A stretch of 55,136 nt of DNA, filler included, from Porpidia crustulata (lineage: Eukaryota), in NCBI GenBank assembly GCA_964255105.1. It is 2 parts of 2 records of this genome, joined end to end, with 100 filler letters (N's around TTAATTAATTAA, not from the genome) between each part and the next. Parts side by side here need not be neighbours in the genome. Positions count along the whole stretch, not along the records: positions 27,894 to 55,136 come from CAXUWE010000032.1; 1 more part is not named here. One strand, written 5' to 3'. How positions within the stretch are numbered: position 1 is the first letter of the stretch; each line of letters starts with the position of its first letter. The position numbers and the translations under genes are program-made. Of the stretch, positions 28,802 through 41,706 are shown piece by piece. Under the pieces are notes generated by a model. That model worked only from the letters and a program-made list of their open reading frames with translations. It ran no database searches and was not told the DNA's origin.

Positions 28802-29823
28802 TCACAACAGCTTCTTAGCACCCCCAGCCGCATTCCCATGACACAGACGACCCATACGTCCCATCACCGATCGCATATCCCCCTTGTTATTATCCCCTTT
28901 GACGAAAAGGAGATCCACGCCCTTTTTCTTCAGTTCCGTGCGGATGGCAGGGTCGTAGTCTATGGCGAACGGCGAACGGCCTTGGTTGAGGTGGGCGTCG
29001 CAGACGATACCTGCGGCTTCTTCTTTGTTTAGGAATTCTTGGAAAGGTGCGTTGAGGGATCCGTGGGCGTGGGAGGCGAAGTCGCCTGTAGTGGTTTATT
29101 AGTGACAGTTAGGGTATTGCTCCAAGGGTACTTACAATGCCAGGTCGGTACTCTTTCGTGTGCGCCTTTCAAGCGGGCCTCGAGTTGCTTGAGGATGATG
29201 GCGATTTGCTGCCCGATTGGCCACTGCCACTCCTTCCATGGCCTTGGGATGGAGGCAATCTCCGCGTATGCATTGTGTAGAGCTATGAATTCCATCTGGT
29301 CGGGGGTCGTGGGGTCAATGAGTACGTTCCCGCTGTACGGCTTCGCGAATTGACACACAACATGGTCCCACATGAGGTGCCACTGTTTTTCGCTCACTTC
29401 GACTGTAAATTTGTCAGCATGGACAATGATTAAAAGATGAGGCCGGTCTTGTAGCTTACTCTCAAGCATCCCATACTTGATGATTCGAACCGTCTCCCCC
29501 ATAAATGGATAGTCATACTGCGGTGCCATAGCTTCGCCGTCGATTGTACATGCGCTGTTGGTGCATACATGGTGGCAGAGCTCTCGCCAAGTGGGGATTG
29601 TAGTGGCTTCGGCCGGATTGCTGACCACTTTGACGGTCCCAGGAAGCAAGGTATCGAAGTTCTCATTATCCCACTGAGCCTTTTTAGCGGCACCATTCTG
29701 CGTCGAAAGCAGCTGGGTACTGCCAAGATGGCGTTCGTAACGGCGGATGAGACGTTGTTGGAAGCCCGATGGTACCATTAACTCGTTTGCCATCGTAGGA
29801 TAGAGCTTGAGGTATGCTGCCAT
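28802..29823 (-). CDS. Hypothetical protein (~323 aa, exons 29823-29136 and 29085-28802)
   Basis: The 264-aa ORF is interrupted by intron 29135-29086 (GTAAGT..CACTAAT..TACAG). Splicing opens a further ~94-codon frame (WHCDFASHAHG...GGAKKLL*). No family recognised. Confidence 0.7.
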
Positions 29824-31340
29824 GATAGGCTGTTATTTGAGTTATCCAAGCATACAATTAGGTAGAAGCAGACGTACGAGTACTACTCTTCGAAGGAAGA
29901 AGAGCAACTTCGTCTCTCTGGCCAAGGCTGGCGCACTGGGTCTCATCACTGACAAAAGAATTCCACTCGTAAAGACGAAGCTCAATTTTATCTGACATAT
30001 TTGGCTATACTTAATGGAGGAGAACAGCGTTTCGAAAGATATAAATGGCTTTAAGGTGTTTGTGAGAAACTGTAGTAGGGTACAGTGCAAGTGTTGTCCA
30101 GTTCAGTAAAAGACGTGACGGAAGTTACCTATAGATCATTACGAGGAAGACGTAAGGTAATATTAGGAACGCAGCTTTCACATAAGAGCGTTCGTCCCCT
30201 CGATTTTAAACCTCATTACGTCAAAGTTACTTAAACTTGGGTTCAATAAGTATACAAAGGGAACTAATGAAAGCTGATGTGATGTTCTATCAAATGGGTG
30301 AGGGAAATTGAAGATATGAACAGAGAGCGTTTCCAATCATAGAGATTTAGCAGAGTAATTAAATCTCACCAGCGTAGGTGCCAAGGGGGTAACGAATTGT
30401 CGATAGGTAGTAACAACATCATCGCTTGATAAGAAGGATGTTGCTACGTCTAGTGCTAGAACGTCGAGATAAAGCATGAAGCCGCTCATGTCCTGATATC
30501 TAAGCATTATATTTTCCATCCTAGGGATCAAGTACGAACATGTTTTCGAGAAATTGTTTAGGTTTGGAACCTTGCGTTTTAATACGTCCATGGACCTTTT
30601 CCAAGCTGGATCTTCGCCATTTCAATGGATTTTAAGACCTTCTTTTCGATCTTAGCTTCAAACTGTAGAACCCGACCTCGGCCTGCTCTTAATGATGTAC
30701 AATTATTGCGGACTTTGAGACTATCTCACCTGCTAATTTGCGGTTTCACGTCCTATCTTGTCTGTCAAAGTATTACCCCGTCTGCCATTTCCTGGCAAAG
30801 ATTTTCCAAGAAAGGGCCTAAGTAGCTCTACCGTTGGCGATAGGGTGTGTTCAGCTCCACTTCGACTATTTTCCTTTGCTCATTTGCGCCCACGGAAAGG
30901 GGATATTCCCGAAAAACTCGAAAGTCCAAGGCATGGACTTACTAGTCGGACAGTGAAGAAGAAAGGTCACAATGCTAGCACTTATGACTGATGTAAATGA
31001 CTTTGTAGAAATATTGACAAGAGTTCTCATTCTGTATCTACGAGTTCAGCGGCCTGATGATGAAGTCTGTTACGGATTTTGTGTACTTGGGAGCATGACT
31101 ACTAGAGTCGTCTTTTTCACTTGATATTGACGTCGACATCGTCAGATGGCGGTTTGATTTCAACATTCAGTTGTGAAGATACTCTGCTTTCCGTAAATCA
31201 GGGTCTGTTGATTCTTTTAAAATATGTCAATCAAGCAACGAGGTTCTGACTAGGATTACATGCGGACAGGATCATCAAGTGAAATACGTGGATCGCTTAC
31301 TAATTGAGCTATACATGGCCGAGGTCTTGCTCATTTGGTT

Positions 31341-32980
31341 TCATTGACTGATCTTGTTTCTTACTTCCTGCACTTGAAATTTCTGGAGTGGAGCATCACG
31401 ACTCACCCGAGGAGAATGAGAAGCGGTTCCTTCAAGATCAATCGCAAGTTGATCGTCGATATGATGAAGCTCGCGCAGACTGGGCTTTTGAAGCATACTC
31501 TGTTGATCGTAATGGATGTACTCTTCGGCTTCTCCGGCGGTATCGTTATCACTTGGGGCATGAGGCCTTGAATGAGGACTTGGTACTGGCTCTTCAACCT
31601 CTCGCATCCATTTCCTAAGTTCCTCCATCGGGGTTACCGAGCGCACCGATTGTTGACCTCTGCGAGCCTTAATTGGTGATTCTTCATTTGCACCTCCACC
31701 TTTTCTACCGTCATGTGCTTGTGGCTTTCGATCAAAGTGGGCTCGTCGTAGATGCGCGGCGGCGTTATAATCTGCATGGTACTTCTTCCCATTTCGGCAA
31801 CTTTTGCAATTCGCAAGGAATGAACTATCTGCCGAGATATCTTTGCAAACCCATACTTTCCGAATTTCATTGTGGTATCGGTCATAGTGTCTTCGAAGCT
31901 CGTGCTCGCCTCTGAAACCATCAGGCTGCAAGTTGCAACTAGGACACTTAATCCTCTGGACTGAGGGATGGGAAAGAGTCGATTTCGTAGCTAGTAGAGA
32001 TATATTCGCTGAGTTGGATGACTGACTGCGATCCGAATTATCCGCCTCTTCTTCTGCAACGGAGCTCCGAGTGATGGATAAGTAATTACGACCTAACTCA
32101 TGGAGCGTGTCCCTATTGCTACTCTCTCTTGAGAGAGCGTGGGTGCACTACTTGAAACATCAGAGCGGCTCCAACAACCGACCAATTCAGTGAATCGAAT
32201 TACCTTTCGCTTTGCAAGCCGACATGCTTTGCACGCTCCCGTTTTGCGAAGCACACTTGCGTGCTTCCTTTCAGACTCGGTCAAACGACGTCTTGACCTT
32301 TTTTTGACACCAGACATATCTTGATCAAACCTACTACCGAAGAACTCGGATTGTCCAAGATGGCTCCTAGACGCCGAGAAACCATTTCTCGATATCGGTT
32401 CTTTTGCCCGTGCCGCCGCGTGACGGAAGGCCAGCATCGCAGAACTTACAATAAATGCTTTCCTCCAGATAGCGGATTTTTTTGCCTCTCGCATGAGTTG
32501 AGGGTGTTCATTATGGATGGACCGAGACCAGTAAGTAGGTTGAACGCCGAATACGTCTGGCCCCTCTAATTCCTGAATTTGAGGTCCTTGGTCACAGCCA
32601 CCCATAGAATTGTTCGTCCAATGCCTCAAGTTGAAGTCAGCATAATATCACGCATTTTAAACAACGACTACGCACTTATTTAAAAGAGTGCTGGCATCGA
32701 TAAAGGAATTTTTCAAACAGAGAACGTGCCATTGAAATTGATTGGGCCGGCCTCGAAGTCTAATTTCACGCTCGAAGAAGCACGGACGGAGAGCATCGTT
32801 GCATAGCATACAACTCTCCTCGCCAGACCGTATAATGCATTTGCGATTTCCTGACACACAAGCCTCGCATCTTTTTTGCCTCAAGAACTCTGTCAGATCA
32901 CCATGGCCCACTACATCTGCTGATTTGCTACTCGACGGGACCAAATCTCTGTCTTTGATGCTCCCTAGATTCGTGGCCAT
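31341..32980 (-). CDS. Multi-zinc-finger putative transcription regulator (~510 aa; exons 32980-32676, 32624-32204, 32147-31341)
   Basis: Exon 1 has an exact C-x2-C-x6-C-x8-C-x2-C-x6-C Zn2Cys6 pattern. Exons 2/3 give a basic RKTGACKACRLAKRK|CTH half-cluster. Exon 3 has KCPSCNLQPDGFRGEHELRRHYDRYH...CKSC...YNAAAHLRRAHF...LRKWMREV, a fungal C2H2-type domain seen in proteins annotated 'key lime pathogenicity protein'-like (from memory). The 3' end is uncertain. Confidence 0.7.
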
Positions 32981-33423
32981 ATCCGGCGTATTGGCAAATT
33001 GTGGCGAAGATAGTGCATGAGTTGTATCTTATCGAATTCAGAGAATGTGTTGCGAACGACTACGCATATGATAATAAAAACATAGGGAAAGCAGCAGTAT
33101 AAAGACAAAGTGAAAGGATTTATACGGAGGATGACATAGCAAACACTAGCTCTCGATAGGTCATCATGTGCGGGGCTTGAAGTCTCGACTGTCATAACAA
33201 GGCGTAAGGCTCGGTGAGCCCGATCTGGTTAGAGTCGAGCCTGACCGCAATGATGACGCGTCAGCATCAGCCGTGCCTTGATTACAAAATCCCTGAGGCG
33301 CGCCCCATTTTCAACTTTTCTTCACCGCATTAAATTCACCGCGCCTTACAATCAAATTTTTAGTATTCCTATTATACAGCGCTTGAGCAGAGACAACATT
33401 TATCTTCTTTGCTACAGAGAACT

Positions 33424-34026
33424 ATGGCACCCATTAAATATGCTTCTTTGATCCTCGCCCGTGGTGATGTACGTGGCAATGGAAGTCTATCCTTTCATTC
33501 TCCACAATCTGAGGATTGGTATGACAATGTTTATATAACCAACACGGTCCGAGTCACCGCTAGCTTCTGTGGACTGTACTTTTTGTACTGGGTGCTCACG
33601 AGTTTCAAGAAGTTTCGTGGTGATAAGTGCGGTGTCAGACGCGGTCGAGGTATGTCCATCTACGTGGATAGGGCACAAATGATGCTGTAAATCTGCCGTT
33701 TTTGACACTTGTTGCCAGTCCATACAGACGATTCGGTCGAAATGACTGTCAGCGAGTCGGATGAACCGTTCCAAGGTTTAACTGTCGACATTGAAGCAGG
33801 ATACAATGCGACCATCAGGCTACCTCTCCGCGCCCACCGTCCAGATAATTGCATCACAAGACAAAGTCGCCGCATCAGAACCATTGCAGGCCAGTTGGAC
33901 AACTATGAACATCACATTGATCAGCAAGCGCATACACTCAACGACAGATACAGTAATACACGAGTTGGAGAGCACGTGGAAGTGGATATAGACCTTAGTT
34001 CTTCAGTCTCAACAATTGAGGACTAA
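33424..34026 (+). CDS. Small hypothetical protein (~177 aa; exons 33424-33649, 33719-34026; a further in-frame intron ~33547-33609 is possible)
   Basis: Intron 33650-33718 (GTATGT..GCCAG) joins two ORF-track frames in phase. Divergent from the zinc-finger gene. Confidence 0.5.
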
Positions 34027-35310
34027 GCATTATAGAGACAAATGGACTGAAAGTTGGAGAATGTCTGGAAACGTACTGAGTCATGGTCAGGTATAATGGG
34101 TAGGAGACACTGTTTTTTGGTGACATAGAGATCGCATCGTACGAATTTCAGATCTTACTTGCTCGGGAGCTTTTCTGGCATTCTTATACTTTCAATCAAC
34201 TACGATTAAGAGCAGATGGCTACTCTACTGCATGATGTCAGTTTCGTTCGAGTGTCGAATTGATCAGACGACCAAATGCTCCAACTCACGATAATGCATA
34301 GTAAAGAACGATGAGTACCTTAGTAATCTAACTGTATTACATCGTAACGACATTGTCGAGGAATCTCGAAATATTTCAATACTTCCATATCCATTTTCGA
34401 ATAACAGGAGGTTGTATCGAGGAAGTTGGAAAAGGTGGGAGGCGGGTCATGACTTTCAAGACTAAATAAACAAGGCGCGCCTCATACCGGTCAGGGATAT
34501 GTATCCCATCTCACCGAGAGTAAGTTTAAAAGCCCGTGAAACCCTAGATATCTCTACCACAGGGTTCGGAAAAGGTAGGTTGGCTTTGAATGCTCTCCCC
34601 CACTCACTAAGTACCAGATCAGAGCGTTCTGGGATCCTCATCAATTGCCCAGTACTTCCAGCGTCATTCGAGCCTCGGTCTCGGTGAACTTCACACATCG
34701 CTGAATTCATAAGCCACTTGACAGAAGCAGGCTAGATTTTCTTAAGAGCGTTGAGATATACTTCTAGATTACATATTCAAACCTTATCACATCTTATTCA
34801 TCGAGACTTGAATGTATAGGAATCGAAAGGCTCGCAGCGAATACTAGATAATATGTTGATGACTTGCGACGGCCAGACTTCATCAAACCATAAAGTTTTT
34901 GCGGGGCATAACTGTAGGGCATTGAAGGTCAATAGCGCTATGATCTCTCCAACATCACTGGGACAAAAGGAAGTGGTGATCCCATATGTCGGGGGAAGGG
35001 TGCAAGACCATCAAATTGGTGAAAGGTGAATAGTGGGAATGACTCGAATTTTCATGGAAGTCTCCGGCTGTGATCACTTCGAAGACCATCAGTTACCAAA
35101 CCGAAAACCCCTCTCCCACCAATGTTTCACTTTTGCTGCGTCACCATTCCCCCAGTCACAGAAATTGAAAGACTACTTAAAGACCGTCCCGCCGCTGAAA
35201 GCCTTTCTCTTCTCTACACCCACTCGCAAATATCACAATCTGTTCCATATCTTATCAACAGGCTTCATTAACAGGTACCACGCACCTCAAATACCTCGAA
35301 ATTAGCAAAA

Positions 35311-35753
35311 ATGGGTTGGTTCGATAGCGGTCGGTGCCATCGCCCCTCTAGGTATATCTCCTTCTGACTGATATTCTCACGTCAATACCTAGACTCCGAG
35401 CAGGCACAGGCCCACGAGGAATTTGAGAATTCCGACAACCAAGCTTCTCTCACCCACGAGCTCATAGCCGGCGCTGCTTCTTACGAAGCAGCCAAGAAAT
35501 ATGAGGAGCATTACGCAGAGAATGGTAAGCTCACAAGAACTCGGCACACTCTACCGTCGCTCAGTTTGGTTTTGATACTAAACTCTCTGGAGGTGAACTT
35601 GGCTCCCATGAAGAAGCGAAGGAGATTCTCGCTGGTTTCACCGGTGCTTTCATTGATCGCGAGGCCGAAACTCGCGGCATGGATATGTATGATCAGGAGA
35701 AGGCAAAGCGTTCGGCGAACGAACAGCTGGAGAATGCCTATTCGCAGAACTAG
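35311..35753 (+). CDS. cipC: CipC-like antibiotic/stress-response protein (103 aa; exons 35311-35329, 35393-35524, 35593-35753)
   Basis: Spliced product MGWFDSDSEQAQAHEEF...SLTHELIAGAASYEAAKKYEEHYAENGELGSHEEAKEILAGFTGAFIDREAETRGMDMYDQEKAK matches the CipC (DUF3759) signature. Absent from the ORF track. Confidence 0.92.
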
Positions 35754-36606
35754 AACCAGATCTTGAACCAAGAATGGGACCAGGACTCACATCTGCTGAA
35801 CGGGAATCCGGCGATCTAGACAATATTGTTGAGCAAAATTTGCTAGGTATGCGGTATTGATGGGGAAAGCTATGTAGTAGAATAGCACTTTAGCTGACTT
35901 ATCGACAAGCAACAAATATCTCTCATAAGTGACTTCCATAGTTGCCATATTGCTAAGACCGACACCGTGCCTGTATTATGTCCATGGATGGCGGAACTTC
36001 TCACATTACTAGTATAGCATCGTAGCTATTCATACATTTTTGAGAGACATGTCTCTTTCTCCCTAAGCTAGTCTTAAGTGTCAGCTTGCATTTCAAAAGC
36101 TTCTTATGAATTTTGCAATCATCGTTGTTACGACGATGAAAATTGCTCAGTAAGTAGACACGCAAGACACGTAGAGAGGCGTGATAGCCCGCCAATGGAT
36201 GCGCTATCCTGATCCGGCTTAGATCCGTGGACTGGGCAGTCCTTGGGTAAATTTTACTTACTCATCCCAAACTCATTTGTACCAACTGCCAAATTGATCG
36301 CAACTCATCGTGATTTCTTTTTTTACAAGTCTCTCGGGAAGTATTGCGTGGGAAATGCCTCTCTAATCTGTGTATACTCACCACCGTGGCAAGTTTTACC
36401 CCCTATAGCCCTGCACCACAATTTCTACTTTTCGGAGCCATTGTATATCATCATCGCAAGTCAGTGCTACTCATGTCACGGAGCATAACTCTCCGATTGG
36501 TAGCGAAGACCTCTAATATTGGACTTCCCTTAAAGTCACACAAAGATACCACTCTTAGTGGTTAATATAGATTACTCGATACCGTCCCAACGATCATTTA
36601 CGAATT

Positions 36607-37696
36607 TCAAGACGCTGCCGTATCCCTTTGTCGCCGGTAGATACTGACTGATCCAGATCCTCCACACCTTTGGACCGGGTCATTTGTATCGCAAGCCGCA
36701 TTGCAGGTGATTTCTCCGACTTTCGCAGTCTCAGAAGGGACTTCGTTGCCACAGATGCACCTAGGCAAAAGTTAGTACAAAGACACAAGGCAGGACCAAG
36801 TGACCTACTGTGTCTCAGACCCTATGCCGAAATATTTGTATCCAGAGCAATGTGTTGCACAGCGCTCAAATGTCATCCCGCTACCGTTCCACGACTTACT
36901 ATTGAGCACCTGACGTGCAGCCGTATGCCCATAGCAAGCTAGGTAGCCCAAATCTCTGACTGAGTGGAGCCCTTTCGTCGGCTCTACCGATGAGCTACTC
37001 GATGGTGTTATATAGTTTCTAACAGCCGATGCCAGGAGCGATGGACCGGCGGGGCATTTTGCCAACGCCCCAGCAACAGTGTCGCAGTCAGGTGTAGCTC
37101 CAGTACAACCGTAGCCTATGGACTATGAGCCTATCCTTCATGTGATATCGATAACGACTTCTTAGTCTTACCTCCATTATCCGCGAAGCCTGCTTTACCA
37201 GCTTCGACACAAAACCCAGGCGCTCCATACGACCCAACGCACCTAATGTCTGAAGTCAGCTCATGTACAGCGCCGACCGCGACTTGACTGGAAGAGCGAA
37301 CATTCGGCTTTGCACAGCTGCGCTGTTGCAATCAACGCATACAGTCGCTTCGGGCTTTCCCCAGTGGAAGCAATCTGGTATACACTGAAGACAGTACTGG
37401 CCTCCAATACAGGTCTAAGATGTATGCAAACATTAGTTGATTCTGCAAGCTGTACGGATCCTCTGGAAACGAACCTTACAGTCCTCAGACGAGTAGCCAT
37501 ATTTGGCGCAACTCATGGCACATCTTATTGATGTCTGGAAACAGCTCAATATGCATAGCCTACAATTTATGTTGTCAGGCACACCGCCACAGCCTGGATT
37601 GTTTAACGCATCGGGTAATGGTGCAACCCTTTGCGCGAAGACTTGTTTGAACAACAATATAGAAAGAGTGATCAGTAACAGACTCAAAGATCTCAT
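36607..37696 (-). CDS. Secreted cysteine-rich protein with C-terminal WSC domain (~288 aa; exons 37696-37475, 37414-37302, 37242-37172, 37115-36809, 36760-36607)
   Basis: Signal peptide MRSLSLLLITLSILLFKQVFA and a Cys-rich N-terminal region. WSC domain YLACY...MTFERCATHCSGYKYFGIGSETQ|CICGN...CNAACDTNDPVQRCGG...VSIY. Four GT-AG introns with branch sites keep frame; the intron 2 donor is the least certain. Confidence 0.82.
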
Positions 37697-40600
37697 AATG
37701 TGATTGAGGTAGAGGACGAATATGGTCCGAATGTGGACTATGAGGTTGGAAGAAATCAGACTTCTCAGTCAGATGGTCGTCTCGACGACAAATCCTTGAG
37801 ATCTTGTTTCTCATATATCTGTGGCTTTGATGTCGCAAATGCGCGTCGGATCAAACATCCTTGAAGTCGCTAGGCGAATTTCTTATACTCTTATTTCTTA
37901 CTCGCTCACGCGCCTCATTGCTTTGACACCATTTTCGCAAAACAAGCGCTCGTAGCTCTACTCATGCGCTTCCGATTTTCGATACTTGAGTTTATCACAA
38001 ACCGTGTTTCAGACCATCCGCAGCGCTTTAGTCTCCACGCATTCGATTCATTACCAATGAATATGGCAATGATCTCGGCATCTGTTGTCACTGACAACAA
38101 TATCGGAGATCTTGCACACTGCGTCTCTCATAATTCAAAGATTTACGGCTCGCTTGAGTGCCGTCTCCATTTCATCGGGATAACTGCGACAAGGGAAAAC
38201 CCTAGTTACTCAGACAGTTCTGTTGAGGGTCTGTGCACTGAGCGCAGCGACCAAAACGGCTGACGCAGGTCTATTTATGATCTTCCAACATCCAGTGGAT
38301 GCAGAAGCTTGCGAGTTGTGTTTCACTCCAAACCTAAACAGAATGGCAACCACCTTCACCTTGTCGGTTCCCAGAGCCTGGCTCACGCTTATATAGCTCT
38401 AGAGCGCCAGAATTAAGCAATGAATCGACGAGATCAAAAACATGCCCCACAAATGGCTTCTCGCTACATCACTCATTTCCTAAAAGTTTGATTGGGGATC
38501 ATAGCCTGGCATATCATGTAATAATTTCTCGTTTATGTCAACTTCATGACGTACGCATTTTCCTATTGTCGAGTATTCTATTCCGAAAATGCCGTTCTCA
38601 TTCGGCCGAGCTCTCTTGACGAAGTGCCTTGAGAGATAGCAGGTCCACTTTCGATTATCGTCCTCGGACGCGTTCGCTAAGCATGTACCAACGAACTTGG
38701 CCCGGGTCGAAATACGAGTCCTACTATTGCCGTCATCTATGTTCTTCGATTTTGAGCTGGAATAAATACGTCAATGGTATTGCTAATGCATGTCAGATTG
38801 AGTCCACTCCTCTTGAAGTCGGCCCATTGCTCCCACAAATCACCATATCCGAACTACGTTTGATCAGTTACCTTCTGGCCACGACGCAATAGTGATAAGC
38901 TGCTAAGAATCTCAAGCTGTTGTTGGCATATCAAGACCGCCACAAATGAGTAACAACGGCAAGGCCGAGGTCCGATGTTTAGAGCCACTCATTGCAAAGA
39001 AATCTTAGGTCGCCACGCTCCATTGATCCGAATGTCGTAGGCTGAAGATGGTCGAAGTCTACGACACGGAGTTATTCCCATTCAGCCATGACACGAGAGA
39101 ATGAAATAAGATCCTTAGCAATTTGGCTACATGATCAGTTCTGGTTTCACTGAGTTTGACGATCTTGCCACAAGTGATATTCGACAATGCTCTGTCCCCG
39201 ATATCCTTTCTGCGCAATAAAGTCAAGTCGTCCACTTCAGCAGATGCGAGCTCGGAGGAATTGACAATGGGCATTTGCTCGAAAGTAATAGCAAACCATG
39301 ATTGATCCATTGCACCAACATACAAAAAGATCTAGATCAGCCCCAGACATAGGCGTATCAGGTGTATAGCTTCACCGAGGACTGATATTTGTCGTACCAT
39401 CTGCAAACCTTCCTGGTTAGCCAACTAGGGCGGCGGGACTCTTTTACCATTTTCACTAATCTATCATAGGCTAAATGGAGGGTTTACAATGACCCCACTT
39501 ACGTTCTTCACCCAGTAAGCTTTATTTAACGATCTACACCCGATTCAGCGTCCGTCAAACGGCGTTCCCACATTTTAATGTCGTTGCGGGTCTTACGGTG
39601 GGTTTATGTCTCTATCATATCGCCAAGAATAGATTGCTCCTACGGACTAGCAGTATGTTGCAGACGTATTATGCTAATGTCGATATCAACTTCATGACGC
39701 TGTCGGTATGGCATTTCCAGCGTTTCCGAGATAGTTTGGAGCAACTTTGTGGTGAGACAAGTGCCTTTGGTACTATCAATCCTTCAAGTCCAAAAGCTGT
39801 ATCATCGGTATTACTCTTTGTTGGAATTAGGATCTTGGTCCCCTAGAAAAATCGTATACCGTGGGCTTGGATCTTAAGATGCTTCTCGAATTGCCTGCAG
39901 GCCAATCGTCTGAGAATACTGAGTTAGAACAATATACTATGACACTGGTGTCGAGGCTTCTAGTTGAGAAAGAGAAATTTGTCATCTCGAGACCTTGATC
40001 CACCAGGGAGTGCCATGAGTCACTGGAGCAAAGCGGTTTAGGGAGGTACCGAAACATCTTCGATCCGCAAAAAATTATCATAGAAGAATTACGGGCCTAG
40101 GTTCAGGGAATGTCATGACGCTACGCGCACTGTCTAATAGAATTTGGAAAGCGAATCTATTCAATCGGATTCATGGTGGCATCTTCTTGACTTAGTTGGG
40201 TTCGATATCAAGGTTAGATTGGGGATGCCTCGATAACCTCTGAGCCCTTTATGCTCCTATGGTTTATGGCATCCCCTACGATGGGATAGCTTGCCCTGTA
40301 CGAACCTTGGTTATAGGGCCCAGAAGTTTGTATGCACGTCGGTTTGATCAATAATTATGTAATCTCGGCTCAGGACGTTTCATTCTTTTGTTCTGTCAAT
40401 ACCCATTGATATAGGAGCATTGTCTGCGAAAGCACAAAATTTCTAACGATATTTTACGAGACTACAACGAAGCTAGGCTGAACCATTTGCGAACATAATT
40501 TTTGATTCTTCTTTGACTTGGATTACTTCCTTTCATAACATTAATTCACCGTTATCTATGGTGATATGGATGGTTGTTATCTTGCTCCATCAAGTACGTT

Positions 40601-40841
40601 GTTTCTTTATCCGCTGGCTTATAGGTATCCCGTCGATCTACTTCTTTTTCGATTTACTAGAGTCCAAACACCTGCATTTCGAATCTTCTCGCACACTTTT
40701 TTTTTTTTTACCAGTTATCTAACCCAGAGAAAACCCTATCTATCAACGATCAGTACCCACAGTGTACACGATCTGTAAGCCCCAACTCCCCCATCCCTCC
40801 ACTTTTCCGACAATATCTATTAACATGTTCAGCATCCAACC

Positions 40842-41291
40842 ATGCCTTCCAATCACTTCCTCCTTTCCCTCTCTCCTCCACATGCCATCAGTCAACGCAA
40901 CCAGTACTCAATCACTCTATGCCATAGTCCTAACCGCTACCCACGAAAAGGCCGCGGTATCACGGTTGTATCAGATAACCTACCCCTAAAGCCGAACAAG
41001 AACCATTCAATCGCGGGTTTCAAGAGTTCTCGAAACCGCAAAAGAGGCCCACGGCGCAGGATCCACATTGATGATGATCTTGAAGATGGCTATGACGGCG
41101 TTCCCGAGACCGTCGATAGCGTGGATGACAAGTATTGGGATACTGGATCTGATGTGGATCACCCGTTGAAATATTCTGCCACAGAGAGAAGGCCTCTATG
41201 TATAACTCGTTCTAGGAGTAATAATGAGAAGGCCCAGGCTACTAAAACGAAAAGAGACAGGGACATTCGTGATCGCGTGGTGAGGATTTAG
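40842..41291 (+). CDS. Possible small hypothetical protein (149 aa, basic/acidic low complexity)
   Basis: Open frame after a CT-rich leader-like region; no recognisable domain. Confidence 0.25.
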   Translation: MPSNHFLLSLSPPHAISQRNQYSITLCHSPNRYPRKGRGITVVSDNLPLKPNKNHSIAGFKSSRNRKRGPRRRIHIDDDLEDGYDGVPETVDSVDDKYWDTGSDVDHPLKYSATERRPLCITRSRSNNEKAQATKTKRDRDIRDRVVRI

Positions 41292-41706
41292 AAGTAAAGA
41301 AAGAGATGGGGAGGCGCGGTGGTGGTGTATAGCTAATAGTAAGACTGGGGAGGTGGAAATACTTGAATCGGTTTAGAGTGAAGAGTCTTAATAATGTTGG
41401 CTAAAAGCATATGTGTACGGCATAGCAAAATTACTGACACTCTGAATGACCGCGGTTTAGTTCTTGATGAGATATCTCTCCCAGTTCAATCAAGATATCT
41501 AATCCGATGTACAGACTTTCCATCATACACCACGGTCAATATCCGACTTTGAAAACTCGCCGCATCGAACACGACCACCGTCCTTTCGATAATCTGCTCA
41601 GGAAAAACTCTTTGTCTACATCTACTGACGTACCTTGCCGCAATGCGAAACAAAAAAGTCTCAGTCAAGACAAAAAAAAGGAATTTCTCGCAGGCTCTTT
41701 TGCTTC

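Noticed and set aside
37900..40500. Short ORFs and stop-interrupted protein-like fragments
   Set aside because: Possibly decayed genes, but no family or gene model can be supported by eye.
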